Source: an uncultured Aliishimia sp.
GTDB taxonomy: Bacteria > Pseudomonadota > Alphaproteobacteria > Rhodobacterales > Rhodobacteraceae
Direction: 5' to 3'
Assembly: GCA_965656085.1 (NCBI GenBank)
Contig: CBFHJA010000024.1
Location: forward strand, 494 to 64,493
Length of the DNA: 64,000 nucleotides
Shown here: one piece after another, positions 10,132 through 18,760 of the stretch
How positions within the stretch are numbered: the first letter of the stretch is position 1
How the letters are laid out: the number at the start of each line of letters is the position of its first letter
Translations under genes and position numbers: made by a program
Notes under the pieces: model-generated
The model's input: the letters and a program-made list of their open reading frames with translations, nothing else
Told to the model about the DNA's origin: nothing
The model's database searches: none

Positions 10132-11709
10132 TCAGGCCGCTTGCGAGGCTTCGACCGGGGCGCTTTTGGCGAACCACTCGGCGACCGCGTCGCGCTCGGC
10201 CTCCGTCATGTGCAGCCCCAGCTTGCTGCGCCGCCAGAGCGCGTCCTCGGCGGTGCGGGCGTATTCGCGAGTGACCATCCAGCGCAGTTCGGCCTCGGTG
10301 AGGGTCGCGCCGAACTCCTCGCCGAGATCGGCGGCGGTTTGGGCATCGCCGAGGATCATCCGGGCCTCGGTGCCATAGGCGCGGATCAGGCGCTGCGCCC
10401 AGCGGGGAGTGAGGAACGGGTAGTCCGCGATCAGACCCTCGGCCAGCGCACCTGCCCCGCCGATCTCGAAATCGCCGCCCGGCAAGGGCACGCCTGCCGT
10501 CCATGCCTCGGGTAGGGCTGGGAAGACCGCGGCGAGCTTGTCCACAGCGCTCTCAGCCAGCTTGCGGTAGGTGGTGATCTTGCCGCCGAAGACATGCAGG
10601 GCCGGGGCGGTCTCGGGATCGCTCAGGACCAGTTCGTAGTCGCGTGTCGCCGAGGCCGCCGCGCCCGTGCCCGCGTCGCGCAGGGGACGCAGGCCCGCGT
10701 AGCTGTGGAGGATATCGGCGGGGGTCAGCTGGGTCTTGAAGTAGCCGTTGACGAAATTCAGCATGTAGTCGCGCTCTGCCTCGGTGCAGGTGGCGGGCGT
10801 GTCAGGGTCCGTGTGGTCGGCATCGGTGGTGCCGATCAGGGTGAAGTCCTGCTCATAGGGGATCGCGAAGCAGATGCGACCATCGGTGCCTTGGAGGAAA
10901 TACGCCTTGTCGTGGTCCCACAGGCGGCGGGTGAGGATGTGGCTGCCGCGCACGAGGCGGATGTGGCCGGGTGTGTCGCTGGCGAGCGGGCCGGAGAGGA
11001 CCTGCGCGACCCATGGGCCTGCGGCGTTGACGAGGGCCTTGGCGGTGAGGGTTTTGGAGCCGGTTTCGGTGTCGAGCGTGACGGTCCAGCCTTGCGGGCC
11101 ATGGGTGGCGGCGGTGAGCTTGTGGCGGGTGAGGATCGCGGCTCCGCGCGCTGCGGCGTCGCGGGCGTTGAGGGCGACGAGGCGGGCGTCATCGACCCAG
11201 CCGTCGGAATACTCGAAGGCTTTGGTGTAACGGTCCTGCAGGGGGCCGCCTTCCGGGGCGGTGCTGAGGTCGAGCCGGGTGGTGCCGGGCAGGAACTGGC
11301 GGCCCGCGAGGCTGTCATAGAGGGCAAGGCCGAGGCGGATGACCCATGCGGGGCGGCGACCCCGGAGCCATGGCATCGCGCGGCCGAGCCAGCGGGCGGC
11401 GGGGGTGGTGACGTCGAAGCGTTGGGCCTTGTGGTAGGGCAGCACGAAGCGCATGGGCCACGCGATATGGGGCATGGCGCGGAGCAGTGTTTCGCGCTCG
11501 CGCAGGGCTTCGCGGACGAGGCGGAATTCGAAATATTCGAGATAGCGCAACCCGCCATGGAAGAGCTTGGTGGAGGCCGAGGAGGTGCCGCTGGCCAGAT
11601 CGCCTTGCTCAATGACGGCGAGTTCGAGGCCGCGCCCGGCGGCGTCGCGGGCAATGCCGCAGCCGTTCACGCCGCCGCCGATGACGATGAGTTCGAAGTC
11701 GTTGGGCAT
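10132..11709 (-). CDS. glpD: FAD-dependent glycerol-3-phosphate dehydrogenase
   Basis: 525 aa starting MPNDFELIVIGGGVNGCGIARDAAGRGL (GxGxxG dinucleotide fold). Full-length similarity to aerobic GlpD. The upstream part of the ORF-track ORF was discarded. Confidence 0.92.
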   Translation of the reverse strand: MPNDFELIVIGGGVNGCGIARDAAGRGLELAVIEQGDLASGTSSASTKLFHGGLRYLEYFEFRLVREALRERETLLRAMPHIAWPMRFVLPYHKAQRFDVTTPAARWLGRAMPWLRGRRPAWVIRLGLALYDSLAGRQFLPGTTRLDLSTAPEGGPLQDRYTKAFEYSDGWVDDARLVALNARDAAARGAAILTRHKLTAATHGPQGWTVTLDTETGSKTLTAKALVNAAGPWVAQVLSGPLASDTPGHIRLVRGSHILTRRLWDHDKAYFLQGTDGRICFAIPYEQDFTLIGTTDADHTDPDTPATCTEAERDYMLNFVNGYFKTQLTPADILHSYAGLRPLRDAGTGAAASATRDYELVLSDPETAPALHVFGGKITTYRKLAESAVDKLAAVFPALPEAWTAGVPLPGGDFEIGGAGALAEGLIADYPFLTPRWAQRLIRAYGTEARMILGDAQTAADLGEEFGATLTEAELRWMVTREYARTAEDALWRRSKLGLHMTEAERDAVAEWFAKSAPVEASQAA

Positions 11710-11780
11710 GTTTGGCCCCTTGGATAGGTGTTTCGCTTTGAGGGCTCTATGCCGGATTCGCGGCAAAGAGGAAAGTATTT

Positions 11781-11840
11781 TGCTTTCGTTTGCTTTCGTT
11801 TTACGGCAGAATATCACGTAAACCACGCGAAACGAAAGCG
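11781..11840. promoter_or_regulatory. candidate GlpR (DeoR-type) operator repeats in the glpD/glpR divergent region
   Basis: TGCTTTCGTT occurs in direct tandem at 11781-11790 and 11791-11800. An inverted copy AACGAAAGCG lies at 11831-11840, just before the glpR start. Confidence 0.5.
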
Positions 11841-11846
11841 CGCGCC

Positions 11847-12605
11847 ATGACCCAAGCCCTGCGCCACCCGGAAATCCTCGCCCGCGCCCGTGCGGACGGG
11901 ACCGTGACCGTGGACGCGCTCGCCGCCGCGCTCGGGGTCTCGGCGCAGACCATCCGCAAGGATCTCGCCGATCTCGCTGAGGCCGGGCATCTGGAGCGGG
12001 TGCATGGCGGGGCGGTGCTGGCCTCTGGGACGCGCAACATCGAATACGAGGAACGACGGGCGCTGAACCGGGCCGCGAAGGCGCGGATCGCGCGGGCGGT
12101 GGCGGGGCTGGTGCCGGACAATGCCTCGCTGTTTCTCAATATCGGCACGACGACTGAGGCGGTGGCCGAAGCGCTGTGCGATCACACGGGGCTGCTCGTC
12201 GTGACGAACAATCTCAACGTCGCGCAAATCCTGTCGGGGCAGGAGGGGTGCGAGGTGATCGTGACGGGCGGGCAGCTCCGCCGCGCCGATAACGGGCTGG
12301 TAGGGCCTCTGGCGCGGGCGACGGTGGAGGAATTCCGGCTCGATCTGGCGGTGATCGGGTGCTCAGCGCTCAGTGCGGAAGGAGACTTGCTCGATTTCGA
12401 CGCCGCCGAGGTCGAGGTCAGCCGGGCGATCCTTGCGCAGGTGGGCCGGGTGATCCTTGCGGCGGACGGCTCGAAATTCGAGCGCAGCGCGCCGATGCGG
12501 ATTGGCGGTTTGGGGGCGATCGACGCGGTGGTGACGGATCGGGCGGTGCCGGGGGTGTTTGCAGAAGCGGCACGGGCGTCCGGGGTGGAGGTGGTGGTCA
12601 CGTAG
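11847..12605 (+). CDS. glpR: DeoR-family transcriptional repressor of glycerol-3-phosphate regulon
   Basis: 252 aa with an N-terminal HTH (VTVDALAAALGVSAQTIRKDLADL) and a C-terminal DeoR sugar-binding domain. Divergent from glpD. Confidence 0.85.
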   Translation: MTQALRHPEILARARADGTVTVDALAAALGVSAQTIRKDLADLAEAGHLERVHGGAVLASGTRNIEYEERRALNRAAKARIARAVAGLVPDNASLFLNIGTTTEAVAEALCDHTGLLVVTNNLNVAQILSGQEGCEVIVTGGQLRRADNGLVGPLARATVEEFRLDLAVIGCSALSAEGDLLDFDAAEVEVSRAILAQVGRVILAADGSKFERSAPMRIGGLGAIDAVVTDRAVPGVFAEAARASGVEVVVT

Positions 12606-12670
12606 GGTGGGCAATCTGCCCACCATGCCGCCATGTTACCGGGTTAAGGTGGGCAAATTGCCCACCCTAC
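12602..12670. repeat. REPIN-like doublet of two inverted REP palindromes
   Basis: GTAGGGTGGGCAATCTGCCCACC (12602-12624) and GGTGGGCAAATTGCCCACCCTAC (12648-12670) are in inverted orientation. The GTAG/CTAC heads contain the TAG stops of glpR (12603-12605) and bchJ (12667-12669). Confidence 0.9.
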
Positions 12671-13212
12671 ATGGGGCTCGCTGCCCGGATCGTGATCTCG
12701 AAGCGGCAGGTGTCGCCGCCCTGACAGGCGCAGGTCACTTCGCGGCAGCGACAGCCCCGGTGCACCAGTTTGCGGTAGAGCCGTTCGAAGACCGCCGCGT
12801 GCCAATGGCACATGGGCGCGCTGTCCTGCTCGCCCCGGATCAGGGGGTTGTCTTTGATCTCGAAGCGCCACGGGCCGTCCGTGGCAAAGCTGCCGGAGCC
12901 CGCGAAGGTCCACGCATGCTGGGTGATCGCCTTCGACAGAAGCCGCGCCGAGGCCCATGCGGGCAGGGCCTTCAGCAGGCTCTGGGCAGGCTTGGGGATG
13001 CGGTGCGCCATGATGTAGTTCGCCGTCTGCCAGCCCGCCTCATGGGACAGGCGCGGGGCCATGTCCGGCTCTTCGACGCGCAATTGGTGGTGCAGGCGCG
13101 CGGCCTCGGTCTCGGGGATCATCTCCAGCCCGGTGGGCATGGTGAACACGCCCGCCCGCGCCATCATCTCGCGCACCCGGTCCGGCCCGCCGACCCGTTC
13201 GAGGATCGGCAC
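12667..13212 (-). CDS. bchJ: bacteriochlorophyll 4-vinyl reductase-like protein (V4R domain)
   Basis: 181 aa from a GTG start. V4R-type C-terminus with cysteine-rich CHWH...CRCREVTCACQGGDTCRFE. Immediately downstream of bchE. The true N-terminus is uncertain (see finding). Confidence 0.7.
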   Translation of the reverse strand: MPILERVGGPDRVREMMARAGVFTMPTGLEMIPETEAARLHHQLRVEEPDMAPRLSHEAGWQTANYIMAHRIPKPAQSLLKALPAWASARLLSKAITQHAWTFAGSGSFATDGPWRFEIKDNPLIRGEQDSAPMCHWHAAVFERLYRKLVHRGCRCREVTCACQGGDTCRFEITIRAASPM

Positions 13213-13282
13213 CAGTTGCAGGATCGCGTTGGGGCCAATCAGGCCCTCCGTTGCGGCCTCATATGTCTGGCTGCGGACGTCT

Positions 13283-14947
13283 TCAGGCGTCCTCCATTTG
13301 CTGATCGCCCCCGCCGCAGGCCTTCACTTGCGCGCCATTGGGCATCTTGAAATCCGCCTTGCGCTCGGTGCTGCGCTCTTTCATCTGCGCGCGCACCGCC
13401 TCGCGGCGCTCCTTGGCCGCCGCTGCCTTGTCGGCGGAGGCCTCCCAGTCATCAAGCTGCGCTTCGGCCAGTTGGCGGGTCTCGTCGAAGTGGAAATCGA
13501 GCTTGTGCTTGGATTGCGGCCCGGTATAGCCGACCTTGCCCAGATCGTAGAATGTCCGGCCCACGCCCGCCTTGAGGAAGGCATAGAGGCAGCCGAGCAG
13601 GTAGCGCCGCCGGAAGCCGGTGCCGCGCCACGGGTAGTGGAACAGCGCCTTTTTCATGTAGAAGCGGCGGTAGTTGTTCATCACCCCGTCCAAAAGTTCG
13701 CCGCGCTCCATCGCTGCGGGCTTCATGATTGGCGTGACGAAATTGTAGCGGGAGAAGTCGAACACTTCGACCTGATCCTTGAGTTCCTGGAACAGCGGCG
13801 TGAACGGCCACGGCGTGTACATCGACCAGTTCGCCAGATCGGGCTGCCAGTCCCATGCCATCTGGTAGGTCTCTTCGAGCGTCTCGGGGGTCTCGTTGTC
13901 GAGGCCGACGATGAACTGGGCCTCCACGAGGATATCGGCGTCGCGGAGCAGGCGGATCGCCTCCTTGTTCTCCTCGACCTTGGTTTCCTTGTTGAACACG
14001 TCGAGCTTCATCTGCGCCGCCGCCTCGGTGCCTAGCGACACGTGCACCAGCCCGGCCTTGCGGTAGAATTTCAGCAGGTCCTTGTCGCGGTAGATGTCCG
14101 TCACGCGGGTGTTGATGCCCCATTTCACACGTTTGGGCAGGCCCCGGTCGATCAGTTCCTGACAGAAGGCCACGAATTTCTTCTTGTTGATGGTCGGCTC
14201 TTCGTCGGCGAGGATGAAGAAGCCGACACCGTGATTTTCGACCAGATCTTCGATCTCATCCACGACGTCTTTGGGGTCGCGCACGCGGTAGTCGCGCCAG
14301 AATTTCCACTGCGAGCAGAACGAGCAGGTGAACGGGCAACCGCGCGCGAGGTTGGGGATCGCGACGCGGGTGCCGAGGGGGATGTAGATATACTTGTCCC
14401 ATTCGAGCACCGACCAGTCGGGCTTGATGGATCTGAGGTCTTTCACGGTGGAGGCCGCCGGGGTGGCGACGATCTCATCGCCGTCGAGGAAGGCCAGACC
14501 CTTGATCTTGCGCTTGTCGGCGGGCCAGCGGCCCTCGGAAATCGCGGTCATCAGTTCGGTGCAAATCTCCTCGCCTTCGCCGCGCACGATCACGTCGACC
14601 CATGGGGCCTCGGAGAGCACTTGCTTGAACATGAAGGTCGCGTGCACGCCGCCGAGCATCCGCACGGCCTGCGGGGCGGCTTCTTGCGCGAGTTTCAGGA
14701 CCTGTTCGGCGACGTAGATCGACGGGGTGATCGCGGTGACGCCCACGACGTCGGGTTGCAGCCGGTCGATCTCGGCGCGCAGGGTGTCGTCGTCGATATT
14801 GTCGGTCATCGCGTCGACGAAGTGAATGTCGTCAAAGCCCGCCCGGCGCAGGTGGCCGCTCAGGTAGGCGACCCATGCGGGGGGCCATGTGCCGGCGATT
14901 TCGGCCCCGCCGGAGCGATAATTCGGGTGTACAAAGAGAATACGCAT
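13283..14947 (-). CDS. bchE: anaerobic Mg-protoporphyrin IX monomethyl ester oxidative cyclase (B12-binding radical SAM)
   Basis: 554 aa starting [14 protein letters not shown]. It has an N-terminal B12-binding domain and the radical-SAM motif [24 protein letters not shown]. Confidence 0.92.
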   Translation of the reverse strand: MRILFVHPNYRSGGAEIAGTWPPAWVAYLSGHLRRAGFDDIHFVDAMTDNIDDDTLRAEIDRLQPDVVGVTAITPSIYVAEQVLKLAQEAAPQAVRMLGGVHATFMFKQVLSEAPWVDVIVRGEGEEICTELMTAISEGRWPADKRKIKGLAFLDGDEIVATPAASTVKDLRSIKPDWSVLEWDKYIYIPLGTRVAIPNLARGCPFTCSFCSQWKFWRDYRVRDPKDVVDEIEDLVENHGVGFFILADEEPTINKKKFVAFCQELIDRGLPKRVKWGINTRVTDIYRDKDLLKFYRKAGLVHVSLGTEAAAQMKLDVFNKETKVEENKEAIRLLRDADILVEAQFIVGLDNETPETLEETYQMAWDWQPDLANWSMYTPWPFTPLFQELKDQVEVFDFSRYNFVTPIMKPAAMERGELLDGVMNNYRRFYMKKALFHYPWRGTGFRRRYLLGCLYAFLKAGVGRTFYDLGKVGYTGPQSKHKLDFHFDETRQLAEAQLDDWEASADKAAAAKERREAVRAQMKERSTERKADFKMPNGAQVKACGGGDQQMEDA

Positions 14948-14967
14948 GAGTGAGTCCTTCCTGTAGG

Positions 14968-15009
14968 TGTCAGGAATAATAGACACTCTGGTGTCTTCGC
15001 AAATTGACA
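14968..15009. promoter_or_regulatory. two tandem PpsR/CrtJ-type palindromes (TGT-N12-ACA) upstream of bchE
   Basis: TGTCAGGAATAATAGACA at 14968-14985 and TGTCTTCGCAAATTGACA at 14992-15009, 6 bp apart, 21-62 bp upstream of the bchE ATG. Confidence 0.65.
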
Positions 15010-15017
15010 CACATCAA
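15004..15017. promoter_or_regulatory. FnrL/FNR-type box in the bchE / mtnA divergent region
   Basis: TTGACACACATCAA matches TTGAT-N4-ATCAA in 9 of 10 positions. It overlaps the distal PpsR palindrome. Confidence 0.6.
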
Positions 15018-15126
15018 TGTCCAGACCGCTGGACAGGCGATTCATGCCCCGTACGCCGGGCAAACCTTCCGTTAACCTTTTCCCGACCAAATGCCTGCCC
15101 TAGGCTGCGCCCAAAGGAGAGATGCC

Positions 15127-16221
15127 ATGAAAGTCAACGGGGTTCCCTATCGGTCCATCTGGTGGAGCGCGGAGGCGGGGGCGGTGCAGATCATCGACCA
15201 GCGCTGGCTACCGCATGAGTTCCGCATCCAGACTTTGGAGCGGCTCACTGACTACACCACGGCGATCCGCGACATGCATGTGCGCGGCGCGCCGCTGATC
15301 GGGGCGACGGCGGCTTACGGTATGGCCTTCGCCGCCGCCCGCGACGCCTCGGACGCGGGGCTGGGTGCGGCCTATGACGCGCTCTATGCCACGCGGCCCA
15401 CAGCGGTGAACCTGCGTTGGGCGCTGGACCGGTGCCGCGCGGCCTTGCTTCCGTTGCCTCAGGCGGACCGGGCGGCGGCGGCGCTGGCGCTCGCCCATGA
15501 GATCGCCGACGAGGATGCCGAGATCTGCCGCCGGATCGGGCTCCACGGGCTGGAGATCATCCGGCAGATCGCCGCGCGCAAAGCACCGGGCGAGGCGGTG
15601 AACATCCTCACCCATTGCAACGCGGGCTGGCTCGCCACGGTCGATTGGGGGACGGCCACCTCGCCAATGTATCACGCCCATGAGGCGGGCATTCCGCTGC
15701 ATGTCTGGGTCGATGAGACCCGGCCCCGCAACCAAGGCGCGATCACCGCATGGGAGCTTGGCAGCCACGGCGTGCCGCACACCTATATCACCGACAATGC
15801 GGGCGGGCATCTGATGCAGCACGGGCAGGTCGATCTGGTGATCACCGGGACCGACCGGACCACGCGCGCGGGCGACGTGTGCAACAAGATCGGCACCTAT
15901 CTCAAGGCGCTCGCCGCGCAGGACAATGGCGTGCCGTTCTATGTGGCGCTGCCCTCGCCGACGATTGACTGGACGGTATCGGACGGGGTCGCGGAGATCC
16001 CGATCGAGGACCGGCCCGCACGCGAGGTGACCCATGTGCAGGGGCTGACCGCCGGGGGGATCGGCGCGGTGCAGGTGAGCCCCGAGGGCACGGCGGGCGG
16101 CAATCCGGCCTTTGACGTGACCCCGGCGCGGCTGGTCACGGGGCTGATCACCGAGGCGGGGGTATGCGAAGCCTCCGAGGCCGGGCTTGCGGCGCTCTTT
16201 CCGGAGCTTGCGGCAGCATGA
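15127..16221 (+). CDS. mtnA: S-methyl-5-thioribose-1-phosphate isomerase
   Basis: 364 aa starting [13 protein letters not shown]...[10 protein letters not shown]...[14 protein letters not shown], the eIF-2B/MtnA family. AAAGGAGAG RBS. Confidence 0.9.
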   Translation: MKVNGVPYRSIWWSAEAGAVQIIDQRWLPHEFRIQTLERLTDYTTAIRDMHVRGAPLIGATAAYGMAFAAARDASDAGLGAAYDALYATRPTAVNLRWALDRCRAALLPLPQADRAAAALALAHEIADEDAEICRRIGLHGLEIIRQIAARKAPGEAVNILTHCNAGWLATVDWGTATSPMYHAHEAGIPLHVWVDETRPRNQGAITAWELGSHGVPHTYITDNAGGHLMQHGQVDLVITGTDRTTRAGDVCNKIGTYLKALAAQDNGVPFYVALPSPTIDWTVSDGVAEIPIEDRPAREVTHVQGLTAGGIGAVQVSPEGTAGGNPAFDVTPARLVTGLITEAGVCEASEAGLAALFPELAAA

Positions 16222-16847
16222 GCGATCCGCGCTGCGCGATCATCGACGCTTGCCTCAAGATGGTCGCAATGGGGCTGGTGACGGGCACGTCCGGCAATGT
16301 GTCGGTGCGCTGCGAGGGCGGATTGCTGATCACGCCCTCGGCAGTGCCCTACGAGGAGATGACCCCGGAGGCGATCTGTTTCGTGCCGCTGGAGGGGGAG
16401 CCGGCGGGCGCGCCCTCCACCGAATGGCGCTTTCACCGCGCGATCTACGCCGCCCGTCCCGATGTAAGGGCGGTGGTACACGCGCACCCGCCCCACGCCA
16501 CCGCGCTGGCCTGCCAGCGGCGCGGCATCCCGGCGGTGCATTACATGGTCGCGGCCTTCGGCGGCGCGGATGTGCCGGTGACGGGCTATGCGCTTTTCGG
16601 CTCGCAGGCGCTGGCGGAGATGGTCGCGGGCGCGCTCACGGACCGCGATGGCTGCCTGATGGCGAACCACGGCGCGACGACCGTGGGGGGCAGCCTCGCG
16701 AAGGCGCTCTGGCGGATGGGCGAGCTTGAGGGGCTGGCCGAGGTCTATCGCCACGCGGAACAGGGCGGCGGCGCGCCGGTGCTTCTGTCCGAGGCCGAGA
16801 TCGCCGAGGCGCTTGGCGCGTTTGCGGGTTATGGGCTGAAGGGCTGA
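16218..16847 (+). CDS. class II aldolase/adducin-family protein (MtnB dehydratase or MTRu-1-P/5-deoxyribulose-1-P aldolase)
   Basis: 209 aa with GTSGNVSVR...LITPS... and [11 protein letters not shown] metal-ligand histidines typical of the FucA/AraD/MtnB fold. ATGA-coupled to mtnA. Confidence 0.8.
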   Translation: MSDPRCAIIDACLKMVAMGLVTGTSGNVSVRCEGGLLITPSAVPYEEMTPEAICFVPLEGEPAGAPSTEWRFHRAIYAARPDVRAVVHAHPPHATALACQRRGIPAVHYMVAAFGGADVPVTGYALFGSQALAEMVAGALTDRDGCLMANHGATTVGGSLAKALWRMGELEGLAEVYRHAEQGGGAPVLLSEAEIAEALGAFAGYGLKG

Positions 16848-16872
16848 GCCCGGCGTTCCGATGGGCCGGGAT

Positions 16873-16896
16873 GGTGGGCAAAATTGCCCAGCCTAT
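16873..16896. repeat. solo REP palindrome (degenerate)
   Basis: GGTGGGCAAAATTGCCCAGCCTAT, the same family as 12602-12670. Confidence 0.75.
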
Positions 16897-17043
16897 GGGG
16901 GCTGACAGGCGCAGCCCCGCCCGCTCACGTTGAGATGTGCAGATTGGGGGCATGGCGAGGTTGTGCAAGCCCGCCCCGGACAGCGGCTTTCACCCCGGGC
17001 GCGGCGCAAGTAATAGAAATATAACAGAAAAGCCGCTTGGAAT

Positions 17044-17057
17044 TTGATCTGCGTCAA
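17044..17057. promoter_or_regulatory. FNR-type box upstream of cytochrome c peroxidase
   Basis: TTGATCTGCGTCAA (TTGAT-N4-GTCAA), centred about 73 bp upstream of the ccp ATG. Confidence 0.55.
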
Positions 17058-17123
17058 GGTTTTTCAGCGCGTTTGCCTGCTATCTGCGGGGTGTTTTTGT
17101 GACCCGCTGTAAAGGAGTATCTC

Positions 17124-18176
17124 ATGCGTGTTGGTTCCGTATCTCTGGCTGTGCTTGCGATGTATGTCGGCACCGCCGCCGCGACGCAGGCCTCGGAATT
17201 GCGCGAAATGGCGCTGAACATGTTCGCGCCCGTCCCGTCCACCCTGCCAGCCCTCGACGACAACATCATCACACCGGAGAAGGTCGATCTGGGCAAGGCC
17301 CTGTTCTTCGATCCGCGCATGTCCGCCTCGGGCGTCTTCTCGTGCAACTCGTGCCACAACCTCGCCACCGGCGGGGATGACAACATGCCGACCTCCATCG
17401 GCCATGGCTGGCAGAAGGGGCCGCGCAACTCGCCCACCGTGCTGAACTCGGTGTTCAACGACGCGCAGTTCTGGGATGGCCGCGCGGCTGACCTTGCCGA
17501 GCAGGCCAAGGGGCCGGTGCAGGCCGGGGTGGAGATGGCCAACACGCCGAGCAACGTGATCGCCACGCTGACCTCGATGCCCGACTATGTGACATGGTTC
17601 GAGGCCGCCTTCCCGGAGGAAGATGCGCCGGTGACATTCGACAATTTCGCCAAGGCCATCGAGGCCTATGAGGCCACGCTGATCACCCCCGCGCCTTTCG
17701 ATGCGTGGCTGAACGGCGATGACAATGCGCTGAACGAAGAGCAATTGCGCGGTCTGGAGGTCTTCATGGATGCCGGCTGCGCAAGCTGCCACAACGGGGT
17801 CAATCTGGGCGGCAACGGCTATTACCCGTTCGGCCTGATCGAGCGGCCCGGTGCCGAGATCCTGCCCGAGGGCGACAAGGGGCGCTACCAAGTGACCCAG
17901 ACTGCCTCGGATGAATATGTGTTCCGCGCCTCGCCGCTGCGCAACATCGCGCTGACCGCGCCCTATTTCCACTCCGGGCTGGTCTGGGATCTGGACACGG
18001 CGGTGGAGATCATGGCCTCCTCGCAGCTTGGCACGGATCTGGCCGCGCAAGAGACAACGGCGATTGTGGCCTTCCTCGAATCGCTGACCGGGGAGATGCC
18101 GGAAGTGGTCTACCCGATCCTGCCGCCCGAGACCGCTGCCACGCCGCGTCCGACGGGCGAGGTATTGCCGAACTGA
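17124..18176 (+). CDS. ccpA: di-haem cytochrome c peroxidase
   Basis: 350 aa with a signal peptide, two CXXCH motifs (CNSCH, CASCH) and the conserved GPRNSPTVLN / FWDGRA blocks. Confidence 0.92.
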   Translation: MRVGSVSLAVLAMYVGTAAATQASELREMALNMFAPVPSTLPALDDNIITPEKVDLGKALFFDPRMSASGVFSCNSCHNLATGGDDNMPTSIGHGWQKGPRNSPTVLNSVFNDAQFWDGRAADLAEQAKGPVQAGVEMANTPSNVIATLTSMPDYVTWFEAAFPEEDAPVTFDNFAKAIEAYEATLITPAPFDAWLNGDDNALNEEQLRGLEVFMDAGCASCHNGVNLGGNGYYPFGLIERPGAEILPEGDKGRYQVTQTASDEYVFRASPLRNIALTAPYFHSGLVWDLDTAVEIMASSQLGTDLAAQETTAIVAFLESLTGEMPEVVYPILPPETAATPRPTGEVLPN

Positions 18177-18221
18177 GCGCCTGACCGCCGCGCCGCGCGC
18201 GCAGGCACCCACGCCACAGGC

Positions 18222-18252
18222 AAGGCCGCGTTCTCCAGCGCGGCCTTTTCGG
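18222..18252 (+). terminator. rho-independent terminator after ccpA
   Basis: AAGGCCGCG-TTCTCCAG-CGCGGCCTT stem-loop followed by TTCGGTT. Confidence 0.7.
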
Positions 18253-18304
18253 TTGCACCGCGCGCCATGGCGTCGATACTGACGAGAGCACAAGGGGAGA
18301 GCCA

Positions 18305-18709
18305 ATGCCGACACTGAAGAAAACCGCCGCCGAGATGGTCGCCGCCGCCCGGGCGCGGATCAAGGAGATCGAGACCAAGGACCTGATCGCAATGGTGGAC
18401 GATCCCGATGTGGTCATCGTCGACATTCGCGACGTGCGCGAGCGCGGGATCAATGGCTATATTCCCGGCGCCTTTCACGCCCCGCGCGGGATGATCGAGT
18501 TCTGGGTCGACCCGGACAGCCCCTATTACAAGGACGTGTTCGGGCAGGAGGGCAAGACCTATGTGCTGCATTGCGCCTCGGGCTGGCGCTCGGCGCTGAC
18601 GGCGGCGACCTTGCAGGATATGGGCTTCGAGGCCGCGCATCTGCGCGAGGGCTTCTCCACGTGGGAAAAGCAGGGCGGCCCGGTCGAGCGCATGGACCCC
18701 AAGGATTGA
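18305..18709 (+). CDS. rhodanese-like sulfurtransferase domain protein
   Basis: 134 aa single rhodanese domain with the active-site loop HCASGWRS. Confidence 0.85.
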   Translation: MPTLKKTAAEMVAAARARIKEIETKDLIAMVDDPDVVIVDIRDVRERGINGYIPGAFHAPRGMIEFWVDPDSPYYKDVFGQEGKTYVLHCASGWRSALTAATLQDMGFEAAHLREGFSTWEKQGGPVERMDPKD

Positions 18710-18722
18710 TCGCACTCTAAGA

Positions 18723-18760
18723 GTGGGCAATTTGCCGGAAGGCCCACCTTGCGCGCCTAC
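18723..18760. repeat. REP copy with internal insertion
   Basis: GTGGGCAATTTGCC-ggaagg-CCCACC-ttgcgcg-CCTAC. The terminal CTA (18757-18759) is the TAG stop of the sulfotransferase gene on the minus strand. Confidence 0.7.

Noticed and set aside
14948-15126. Riboswitch (SAM-II or cobalamin) in the leaders of mtnA and bchE, and likewise upstream of cysK.
   Set aside because: I could not find the conserved pseudoknot or B12-box sequence elements. The leaders are short and taken up by protein-binding palindromes or repeats.
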